Assembly: GCA_030704615.1 (NCBI GenBank)
Contig: JAKLZA010000011.1
Coordinates: 1-27,000, forward strand
Reading direction: 5' to 3'
Length of the DNA: 27,000 nucleotides
Source: Takakia lepidozioides
Taxonomy: Eukaryota > Plantae > Bryophyta
The notes below the pieces were generated by a model, which saw nothing but the letters and a program-made list of their open reading frames with translations, was not told the origin of the DNA and did not search any database. Numbering within the stretch: position 1 is the stretch's first letter; every line of letters starts with the position of its first letter. This document shows positions 1 to 10,129 of this stretch, piece by piece. The position numbers and the translations under genes were made by a program.

Positions 1-830
1 AATTGTGAAGAAGTTTTGCTTCATCTGGTCAGCTGAGGATTGCAAAGACACTATCGGTTACATCATGCCTGGGATGAAATATCTCGTTAAGGATATTCAC
101 ACTGTTCTTGCCAAGTACCCTGGTACACCCTTTGCAACGCAGGGACAATACTCCTTATTGATGATGAGCCATCAAAGGGCCTCCGAAACCCACCAAATAC
201 TGGATTCTTCCCTATTTCATACAAGCCATTACCAAAGGGATTGGTTGACCAGGATGATATGACAAAAGCTGTGTGGCCATATATATTGAAAATGGCTGCA
301 CAGCTTCAACAGTCGTAGATTACATCAGCGAGAACCCTGCCAAGTGTTCTCGTAAGCCTATTGGTTGTGACCATGCCTATTGGGCTGTATGGAAGATATG
401 TTGATCCTCGTGTTTGGATCCCACAACAAAATGAACCTGATTACCTTGGTATGTACTTATCCCACTGTTTGTTGTTTATGGAGAATTTGATCTTGAAAGT
501 GTCTTCCACTTGCACTTTTACTTTATCATTTTTTCTACAAATGTTCCACATTTCAGCTGACATTTGTCATATGAAAAATTGTTTTGCCCAGTCACATTCA
601 AGGAGCGAATTCGAAAAGAAGAAGAAGAGCTTCGTGATTGGCAAGAATGGCGGGCTTCCCGACAGGCTTCAAGGGCATCAAGAGATTCAACAAGTAGAGT
701 TCCAAGTAACATTTCGAATGATAATGTTACTACTAGGTTCGAGTTCTCCGAAGTATTTCCGTTTCATCTGGTGCAGAGACCGTTGCAAGTGGTTGTGGTA
801 ACCGGAGGCGTCTTCGAACACATGCCTTGA
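1..830 (+). pseudogene. C-terminal fragment of a NIF/FCP1-like (HAD family) phosphatase-domain gene, frameshifted, 5' end outside window
   Basis: ORF 5-262 gives FCFIWSAEDC...LVKDIHTV. Another frame continues TILLIDDEPSKGLRNPPNTGFFP (~144-212), resembling the NIF-domain tail 'TLLIDDSPxKxxxNPPNT..FP'. Possible GT-AG intron 449-556. The DxDxT motif is not visible. Confidence 0.55.
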
Positions 831-1364
831 CTGCGAGCCGTTTGGGAGGAGGCTCTGTAATATTAATGGGTTAGTGTAAGCCGTTGTATGGCTTCGAGCC
901 GCTGGATAACATTAAGTCCAACGGATGTACAGTTGACGTTACATTATGTCTGACTACAACGCCAAAGTTGCAATCTCTAATAAAATATGAATGTTTATCA
1001 TCATGTATGTGGACACATTCTTTCATATCATCCTCTTCATCGATTGTTCTATGTTTGGTTTTGTATGTCATCTGATATGACAACCATTTTTTGCAAAATG
1101 TTTTACATATCTGACCTCACATCATGGTGTAATTTATTGCATCCTCCCATTTTTTTCGTGAACGTCAACTTGGCAGTGGATGTTCTTCTAAAACCACAAT
1201 ACATACTTATATTGTCTCCAAAAAATGTTTGGAGGATTATATTGTATATAAAATACCAAAATAATCATATATATATCGCTTTATTTTTCAATAAAATTTT
1301 GTTTATTCATATTTCTCATATTATTTCTGGACCAAACAAAAGTCCAGAATTAGTTAAAATAGTG

Positions 1365-1760
1365 TTTGAGGTTCAAGAATGGGAGGCACTCATACTCTCG
1401 GTGGGTCTTGCAGACAATTACTCATTCACTCTTTCTCCCGCATTTTTTTGGTCCAACAATAGGATCCCGCCGGGTCTGTGCATGGCGAGGCTTGACAGAT
1501 TCTACTTCTCCGTTTCAATTCTTCCATGGTTCCATTACCTGCCCATGGGTCTATCCTATCTGAATTCGACCATGCCGAAGTTAGGGCAAGTTAGGGCCAA
1601 TGTGGTTACTACAGGGGCCAGAAATAGAGGAGGTGGCTTCACTAAGATTAATGTAAATGTTTTGAAAGTCCCTCAGTACCTAGAGGCCTTGCAGGAGTGT
1701 TGGTCCAGCTCTCTAGCTCTTCTTTGCCAACTCTTAGATTTTTGGATAAGTTACAGGCTT
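1365..1760 (+). mobile_element. LINE (L1/Tx1-like) ORF2 endonuclease C-terminal remnant
   Basis: Translation FFWSNNR...MARLDRFYFS...FTKINVNVLKVPQYLEALQECW resembles the APE endonuclease 'FTW.N.R...RLDRFY' and following 'FK.N...L...F...I...W' motifs of plant LINEs. Confidence 0.65.
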
Positions 1761-1829
1761 ATAGAAAGCTGTGCAACTCCCTGGCCAAGGAAATGGCAGA
1801 GGAGCGCATTAGATATTGCGTGGGGACGA

Positions 1830-2260
1830 CGCCACGCGTCGACCCACACACTCTCCACGTGGTCCCCGTGGATTCGTCTGCCGGCAGTTGTGCAGTCGAC
1901 TTCGCCAGTGGCTGTTGCCATGTGACATGCAGCACTCCAAGTTATGTGGCTGACTGCGATGTGGCGTCTTGAGCCCGTGGCCACGCGGCGGCATTACCGC
2001 TACCGCTCGTCGCGGCGCGCGCCACATCGGCATCCACGTCCGCATCCACGTCCGCGTCCATGTGTCACCGCGCCCCGGGTGAGTCAGTCCACTCATCCGG
2101 AGGGAAAAATCAAAGTCAGCTCAAAACATCAGACACACGGGCGGCCCGCCTGGTTACGCCACGTGGTTCTTCAGCATTAATCGCATTAATCGCTGAGCAG
2201 TTGTTCGCGCGTCTACGTCCTTTACCACTCCAATCATTGGATGTCCAACCCAACTACCAC
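1830..2260. repeat. GC-rich tract with clustered CCACGT/CCAC(G/A)/ATGTGG motifs, possibly a remnant of a non-autonomous TE
   Basis: Repeated gccacgcg, ccacgtgg, catccacgtccgcatccacgtccgcgtccatgtg, gccacgtgg in otherwise AT-rich flanks. No ends identified. Confidence 0.3.
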
Positions 2261-2454
2261 GTCTGTTGTAACTGGTCTGTTGTAACTTCCAGTCCGATCC
2301 CTATTTTTTGACTTTTACGACTCAAAACGTTACCCCAGTGGTAAATGACACGAATGCTTCTAGTGTTAGCGATGTCCGAATGATCCCCTTTTAAAAAAAA
2401 TTAAAATAATAACCCCCTGCGATAATTGAGATGGCATGATATTCTTAGTCAGAA

Positions 2455-2900
2455 TGTCATTGGCCATGTCAAGGAAATCTGCTGATATAGTAGCCCACAT
2501 AGCTTGGTAGAACTCCACACATACCATCAATGCCGGGGGATTTCAGATATTTCAATTCTTTCAAAGCATCTTCTAATTCCATAACAGAGAAAGGCACATT
2601 CAGGTTGTTGCTTTGCTCACCAGAAAGGATAACGGGAATTCTGCTACTACAGACAGATTCCCTGGCATGACCCATGCTGGCAGGCTCCACATCAGCCGAG
2701 TAAAGACCTAAAGGACTCTTCAGCAATGGCGATAATTTCTAGGATGAGAGTGAGACACGTTGGAAGGGTCTTTAAGGGCCACGATTGATTGGACAGAGCC
2801 ACGACCACCCGGCTTTTAAAAATAAGTACGACTCATTTTTACCCCCTGTAAAGACCCCCCATTCTTTACCATCTTATCTAGGTGTCTTTACCTTCATAAA
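2455..2900 (-). mobile_element. Degenerate LINE ORF2 fragment (region just upstream of the reverse transcriptase)
   Basis: ORF 2469-2726 gives LNVPFSVMELEDALKELKYLKSPGIDG, matching the LINE pre-RT motif 'L..P.T..EL..AL..M...KSPGxDG'. Upstream sequence is full of stops. Confidence 0.7.
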
Positions 2901-3100
2901 TTGGTCTTGGAGAGCTGTAAAAGACTGAGACGGCGTTTAGCTTCGGAATAAGAAACGAGGGTTTGAGGACCATAACTATTACGCTCTAACCGTTTTTGAC
3001 AAACAGTAAGACACTTCACCAAAGCCTTTTCAGGCAGTGAGGGGTATGACTGCTAGTGGAAAGACGCAGAGTGCTTGTGCCATCTCGGGACTGCTTTGGC

Positions 3101-3109
3101 CAACTCCGC
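3101..3109. repeat. Left target-site duplication CAACTCCGC
   Basis: Identical to 16816-16824 and abuts the TIR. Could be read as 10 bp (CCAACTCCGC), but TIR alignment favours 9. Confidence 0.9.
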
Positions 3110-3170
3110 GGGGGCTGCTATTTCATGAGCGGCATGAGCATGAGCGGAAAAAAAAAAAGCATGAGCAGAC
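3110..3170 (+). repeat. Left TIR of element 1 with CATGAGC subrepeats
   Basis: GGGGGCTGCTATTTCATGAGCGGCATGAGCATGAGCGG...GCATGAGCAGAC, inverted relative to 16767-16815. Confidence 0.85.
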
Positions 3171-3330
3171 CATTGTGAGTCCACGGAAATAGGGTTAGGA
3201 GGCACGGAAATAGGGTCATGTGAAGTTGGAATGTGGCACCAGTGGACTTGAAATGCAACATTTTATTGCAAATTTTGTGGCAAGCCACGTCTATACAAGT
3301 GTGTTCTAACTGTCATAGCCGGAATGGGCA

Positions 3331-6300
3331 CTACTCTCCTACACCCTCCGAGGAACTTGCCCCACCTTCTTCCTCATCCCCCTCATCCCCCTCATCCTCC
3401 GAGCTCTGTGATGCATCAGTTCCACTATGCCTCTCAAAAATCCCGTCCTCTCCTTGGGGGACTGTCCACCTCACCTCCTGGGAATCTTCTTCGTCTTCTT
3501 CTCCCCCCACTTTCCTCAGCAGAATCCAACACAAATCTACGAGCCCGACGGCTCTAATAGCTCTGCTGCCTCCTCCCTCATCTTCATTTTCTTGAGGCTT
3601 GCCTCGTCTAAAATCTGCTGTACACGACTACGTTCGGAACACCTCCTAACGGACACCGAAGCAAGCCGGGCAGCATAAGTAGGAAGGATGTACTCCCTTT
3701 CTGGACTAGGCATGAAATCCCCCCTGGCAAAAAAAGGCACGTTCCTCCTGCCCATGAACTCCGGTGTAGACGTCCCTCCGGCAGTACTTGGCATCCTACA
3801 GTAAGAACAAATCCACTTGAAGAATGTCAATACCAGCACAACCAGAAAGGGTTTTCAATGAAATAAGAGAGCGGAGGGAGGTGCCTCACAAATCTGGAGG
3901 CAACTTACAATGCCACCACTCACTCGTAAACCGGGGGCTCCTCGGCCTCGATCCCACTTCCCCCCCTGCTCCTCCCCTCTTCTTCTCGATTTTTCCTCAT
4001 CCTCGAGGATGCCTCTTCCTCTTTCGGCAGACGTTCAGCCGCTGCAAGTTCCGAGTTGTGGAGGGCAGTATCTGGCTCGAAGGCGAACACATGCCTGTCG
4101 GACAACGTCCCTGCCCACATTGAAGCACCTGAGGAACAAAGCAGGCGGTTAATAGCTTGCGGCATGCAATTGCAATGGGGCCAGGGGACAAACTGAGCAC
4201 GTGAAGGCTTACCCGTGCCGCATGTGAGGTCCAGAATCCGCCCTTGGACATCCGAGCACGTCTCCATGAGGGTTTGGATGAAAGCAGGGCTCCGGGTCCG
4301 GCTGTACCGCCACGGTTTGCCTGTCTTTGTGTCCTTCGGCATACTAGAGTGGGGCACATAGTTGTAGAGGACATCGTAGGTTACAGGGTCCACAGCGGCA
4401 TCAACAAGACGACCGTCGTTGCGGAATTTGAACGTAGACCCTCTCTTCACAAAGCAATATGCCTCAAACACCAATGTCTGCACATCCAACAAAGAAGGGA
4501 TCAATTCCAGGGTCTACTTAACATACACCACAATATGAAGTGAATGCAATAGATTGATAACTTACACTTTGGCCCTCTGTTCGCAACCCCTGCGTACTGA
4601 TGCAGAACCATTTTCTGAGGAGGACCGGGGTGACACTTTTCGGTGTCCACCTTGCCACCGCATTCTCTGTGGTCTTCCCTCTCGTGGCAAGGACAACCAC
4701 ACATCCACCGTCATCCAGAAGCATCCCCGCCAGCCCAAACCCGGCTTTCCAAGTAGTCCTCAGTAAACCTGTTCCAGGTGGGCACACCATCCAGGCCCTC
4801 CAGCAGCTCCCCATCTGGAATGTCGAGGAGAATCATGTCGCAAGCTCTCTCCACCTCAACCCCCCCCGAGTGCTCTTGCAATTCGTGCTCACAGCGGTGA
4901 AGAATTCATCATGGCTTCAAAACCAGGGGTGTCCTTTAGGCTCTGTACCGGCAGCCCTCTTCTTGGCTTTCCCCTTCTGCTCCGCCAGAGACTTGTTGTG
5001 TGCCACCTTCTTCGCCCTGGCAGCGATAAATCGTCAAGGAGCTCTCATTGACGCATTGGATGATGGTTGGAGGTTCTAGCTTTGGTTGGCCTGTGCGTAA
5101 CGTGCACCGCCGAATACCCGCCGTGTAGGCTCGCCCTCAAATGCCAACTTCTTGGCAGAGCCAGTCCCACTCCCGCCTACGACTTGGTAACCCGGACGAC
5201 CGGTGACTGGGTATGAGCAACAGCAGTCGCAGGACCTTGAACAAATCGGCGTCGGAGTCACTCTCTTGGGTCCCTCCTGCGCCTCCGCTGATGCCCCGAT
5301 GGTTTTCTTCTTCTTTTTGGGTGTTACTACTTCTGCAGTCCCCTGTTCCTCCTTGTCTTTTTTCCTTTGACCTTTTACTCTTCTCATGCAATTTCTCCTG
5401 AATTCCTGGCTGAGCAAGCTCTGCCGCTTCCTGGAGTTCGCAAGCGCTTTTGCCCTCTTTGCAGCACCACGGAGGCAGCGGAGCCCGTTTTCGTCGGAAT
5501 TCAGCACCAGCTTCAATTGAAACTCGGATGGGTCGAGCGAGCCGGCGGAAGGTCACATACCAAGGGCAATCACCAAATGTTCCAGATGCCACTCCTTCAC
5601 ATATCGTCAGTGTACATGGAGTCAGCCCCAGGGTTCCTCCATGCCAGGAAGAATGGTGGCTCGAAAGACAGATGACTTTCTTCCCAAAAGCGAGAACTTA
5701 CATACCTGCATTCATGAAAAACCAATGAGGTCCCGAAAATGGCTAAGTCCCTGAACGGCAATAGGGCCTACAACTGGAATGAATATGGCGCCGAATTTCC
5801 ACTTCAGGCCACCCAGTCCTAGGGACTTAGCCCGAAATGGCTAAGTCCCTGAACGGCAATATGGCCTGGAACTAGAAAATGGCGCCGCATTTCCAGTTCA
5901 GAGCCAGCCAGTCTAGGGACTTAGCCCGAAATGAATGGCTAAGTCCCTGGACGGCAATAGGGCCTAGAACTGGAAAACGGCGCCGAATTTCCAGTTCCGG
6001 GCCATCCACCCTAGGGACTTAGCCCGAAATGGCTAAGTCCCTGGACGGCATAGGGCCTGGAACTGGAAAACGGCGCCGAATTTCCAGTTCCGGCCAGCCA
6101 CACTAGGGACTTAGCCCGAAAATGGCTTAAGTCCATGGACGGCAATAGGGCCTAGAACTGGAAAACGGCGCCGAATTTCCAGTTCCTGGCCAGCCACCGT
6201 AGGGACTTAGACCGAAAATGGCTAAGTCCCTGGACGGCAATAGGGCCTGAACTGGAATATGGCGCCGAATTTCCACTTCAGGGCCAGCCATTCTAGGGAC

Positions 6301-9300
6301 TTAGCCCGAAAATGGCTAAGGCCCTGGACGGCAATAGGGCCTGCGGAAAACGGCGCTGACGCTTGAATTTCCAGTTCGGGCCGCCACACTAGGGACTTAG
6401 GCCGAAATGGCTAAGTCCCTGAACGGCAATAGGGCCTAAAACTGGAATATGGCGCCGAATTTCCACTGGCAGGGCCAGCCAGTCTAGGGACTTAGGCCGA
6501 AATGGCTAAGTCCCTGAACGGCAATAGGACCTGGAACTGGAAAAATGGCGCCGAATTTCCAGTTCCGGGCCACCAGTCTAGGACTTAGCCATTTCGGAGC
6601 CCTGACTGGAAATTCGGCGCCATTTTTCCCTAACACCACTTGAGGCCTCTAACATCCTGAAATGCCAGGACTTGAAAGAAAGCAGCGCTATGTACCTGTA
6701 CAGAAGGCGCATTGCTGCTTTGTCCGCGTTCGGCTGGTCGGTGACTCGTGGCTCGGCGAGCATCTGCTATCTCCCGAAAGAATAGGTTGGTTTTGTAGAG
6801 CAGAAAGTACCTGTCGTCACATAGTCACGTAGGCTCTCTGCTGCAGGAGATATCTCCATCTTGAACTGATGTGCTTGTGTGTCCAGCTGCTCTTGCGCAT
6901 TCGTCGTCACATGTGGAGATTGTCCATCAGATCGCTTTCCTCAACAAATACATGAAACTCCCACCCCCGCTCAGTAGAAGCCCCAAACGAAGCGTGGGGA
7001 AGTACCTGAAACCACCATGTCATGCGGTTCATCCCCATGTCGAATGTGGGTCAGAGAGTTTGTCCGGTTTGGGGAAGCTCCACATGTCCCTGGTACTTTG
7101 GGAACCATTCCAGATTTTGGAGCCACCGGGTCTGTCCCACCACCACCCAGCATATTCGTAAGCGCAAAACACCACAAAAGGAGTTTTTTGCCACCACAAT
7201 TTGGTTAAGAATGTATCACCTTTTCTGTTGCATCCACACAGGATGTGGCTAGACGATGGAGCTTCTCCAATGTCATCGTGGGCTTCAGAGCGCGAGATTA
7301 GTGCTTCCCCACCTCCACCAGAAAGTCGGCACCAAGGGCGGGATCAGCTATGGCCACGTACTTTACCATCCGCGACTTGTACTTTATGCGGGCCATCCAC
7401 CTCCGTCCGCAGCTTTGACATACGATTCGAGTTCCGGGAGGGTTGGATTCTTTCTCACTCTGTACTCCTCCGGACTCTATGTGAGACCTGCCGCTGTTTG
7501 CCAATCCTGCTGTATTTTCGTCTGTCGAAAAGGCGCACATAAGTTAGAGATATCCTGCTCAACACAATTTCTTCTAGGGGGGGAGGAGAGACAGACTAGC
7601 TCACAAACTGTCAGGAGCTTTACCCGAAAATGTAGTCCACCATGGCGTCGACGCTCAGCCTATACCAGGTTCTGTCTGCCTTTGCCTCCGACTTGCGCAG
7701 GAGGTCGGCACTGAGGGAATTGGCAAACTCTTGTCACCCCCTGCTTCCCGACATTTTTCGACTCCTCGGAAGAGCATATGGGACAAGTTGGTGGCAATGA
7801 AGGCATTCTCAGTCACCCTGCAGTGCCACATTTCCATCAACAATACTGAATGGGAATTTTCCATCATATAGGATTCGCAATGAAATGACTTCCAAATTCA
7901 AAGTCCAAAAGCGAGAGGGGTTGTAGCTTACGAGTTGATGTCGGCCATTGCAGCTTTGAGAAGACTGCGATCTTTGGGCCCCGCAACCTTCAGCACAGCA
8001 CAACAATCGACGGCGAAATGCCAATCGAGATCGTTGGGGTGGGCTTGGGCAATGTGCTCCATCCATGCCAGGAGCGATGATTGCCGTCCCACACGTAGAA
8101 CATCTTGCCGGACATGTGCTGGGAAAGAGGATCACTAGCAATCGATCTCTCGAACTCCTCATTTCGCGTTTGCCAATGGGGACCCCATTTGTCCACCTCA
8201 TCGGAAGTGTGTGCACGGGAAGCTCCGTGGTCGTTCTCAATGGAAACGTAAAAGGCGGCAGACCCCATTCGATATCCATCCCGGAAAGAGAATTTCAGCT
8301 TGTCGATATCGCCTGGGAGGGCAGTCTCACCACCTGCAATGACACCAAGCGCGCAAAGGGGAATTTGAAGCTTGGCCGGGTACACCATGCCCCCCAGCAC
8401 CCTGCCAATGTTGCTGTGGGTTGCCTCCAACATCTTGGCAGCGGCCAAATTCATATCCGCCTCAGACATGACTTCTGCTGCAAGGGTTTTCCGCAGCCCA
8501 CCAGGACCGCCAAATCCAGCCTGTATGCTCCGTTTTTGGGGCCTGGGGATGTCCGGGAGGATGTCATCCTGGTCAGAAACCTCCATGTCGTCCTCCTCAA
8601 CAGGGTCAGCCACCTGCGAAACCACCTCCAGCACTCTCGTCGTCTCTACTGCCCTCTCCCTGGCCTTCACCTCGAACTTGCACAATCCGTGCTCTTTCAT
8701 TGTGTTCTTTCTCTCCTCCACTCTCCACCGTATGGGTAATTGCGGGGGCTCCTTTTGCCCGCGATGGTCTAACCGGTGTGCTACTGCCTCTCTGTGGTGT
8801 CTTGTAGGGATCCACCGTCTCTGTGGGTCCTCGCTTACATTGGCATCTGTCATTTGGGCACCCCTGGCCTCTTCAGCTGCCTTTTGTCTTTCCCCTGGCT
8901 AGCATTCTGTCTCGTCTGTTCTTTTTGCCCTCTCTTTTGTCCTCTCACGGCTTTCTGTTTCTTACTAGGGCTAGCAGCAGGGGAGCCCTCCAGGACGACA
9001 CCTTTGATTGAGGCGAACTGACACCCTCGCGCGCACCTGCTCACTATCACTCCCCCCTGCCCTGACTCTCTCTCGCCGGGGATTGCATGTGCTTAGCTTT
9101 CTTCTTTTTCTTTGCGTGGGCGGGCCCTACTGCATGTGCATGAACAACCTCCATTGCCGGATCTGCTGTCCTCATGTCCTCACGCCCTTCACCTGCCATG
9201 CCGCCTGCAACCAACCTCCCCAATGCCTACTCTGTCGTAATCTCGTTGCAAGTTCTCCGTCCACCAACAAAAGGTTTAAGTTTGCCCTCTCGCCCCAAGT

Positions 9301-10088
9301 TGGGCGATTCAAACATGCGATGAGTTGGAGCTGTCGATGATACCACTAGCGTGCCGGGCTCGTCGTCACTCTGTCATTGACAAAAATCGTGAAAACCACC
9401 ATCGGTGCAAAAGCAGCATCGCAACGAGCAGCGCAACCACCATAGCAACAATCATGTAGCAAAAATGAAAACATAACAAGTTTAGGAAGTATGGAGAGCC
9501 ATGCAACAACAATGAAAACAAATGCAACCATTGCTAAGAATCATGCACAGCAGCAGCCTTCTCCAAGCTGCCGGATTTGCACACGCATTGCAAACAATCT
9601 AAGGTTCACTTCAACTATCTAAAGTTCACTCATACAGCAAAGCCAGGATGAAGATGCAAAAACAAAGCGAGGCAACAAAGCGAAAGCAAAAAATAAATCG
9701 AACAAACCGAAAGCAGAAGTGGCTTGCCTGAGAGTACTCGGCTTCAGTTGGCGCAGGTTGTGAGCAAGACACTGGAATCTCCTGCTGGAGCTTCAGTTTG
9801 GCCATGCGAGAGATTGGCCGTCGTCCGTATTACAGAGCTTTCAACTTCCGCCGCGGTCTGGATGTGAGGTCTCTCTCAGGAGAGCCACGCCCTTCAGGCG
9901 GCATAAGTCCCAGCCAAAAAGATCTCCTTTTTTGGGGTACATGCCTGGAATACCATGTTAAGCCAAGTTTAGCATGAGATTTAGGGTACGTGTCCAGGAA
10001 GCCATGCGTCGCCAGCCCGAATAATAACCGACGGCCGTCGACATTTATTGCCCAACTGCGCAATTAAATGTCGGATGAAGCCCTCCAT
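3331..10088 (-). pseudogene. Multi-exon ParB/Srx-domain + beta-class amino-DNA-methyltransferase-like fusion gene, copy 1 (frameshifted as assembled)
   Basis: Probable ATG at 10088 (MEGFIRHL; 5' exons tentative). ParB exon has GKMFYVWDGNHR(L)LAWM (~8060-8110). Middle exons VTENAFIATNLSH, TWYRLSVDAMVDYIF, IADPALGADFL and IWNGSQSTRD align to copy 2. MTase motifs are DMILLDIPDG (DIPDG 4810-4824) and RSPAFIQTLMETCSDVQGRILDLTCGTG|ASMWAGTLSDRHVFAFEPD. GT-AG introns include 4129-4212 and ~5706-6695. Acidic tail ends ~3331. Confidence 0.75.
5730..6630. repeat. Array A: ~9 tandem ~95-bp nested-palindrome units inside an intron of copy 1
   Basis: Unit GGCTAAGTCCCT-gaacggcaata-GGGCC-tGGAACTGGAAAA-cGGCGCCg-aaTTTCCAGTTCC-GGGCC-...-AGGGACTTAGCC. 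Starts at ~5741, 5839, 5937, 6031, 6124, 6220, 6314, 6409, 6504. Confidence 0.92.
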
Positions 10089-10129
10089 GTCGGATGAAAA
10101 TCGACGTAAACAGTCCCGGAATTTCCCAA

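Noticed and set aside
987-1925. 312-aa ORF as a real gene
   Set aside because: Chimera of AT-rich non-coding sequence, a LINE endonuclease fragment and a GC-rich repeat.
8065-8902. Plus-strand ORFs over the ParB exon (and similar antisense ORFs over the transposase)
   Set aside because: Antisense shadows of GC-rich coding sequence with no recognisable motifs.
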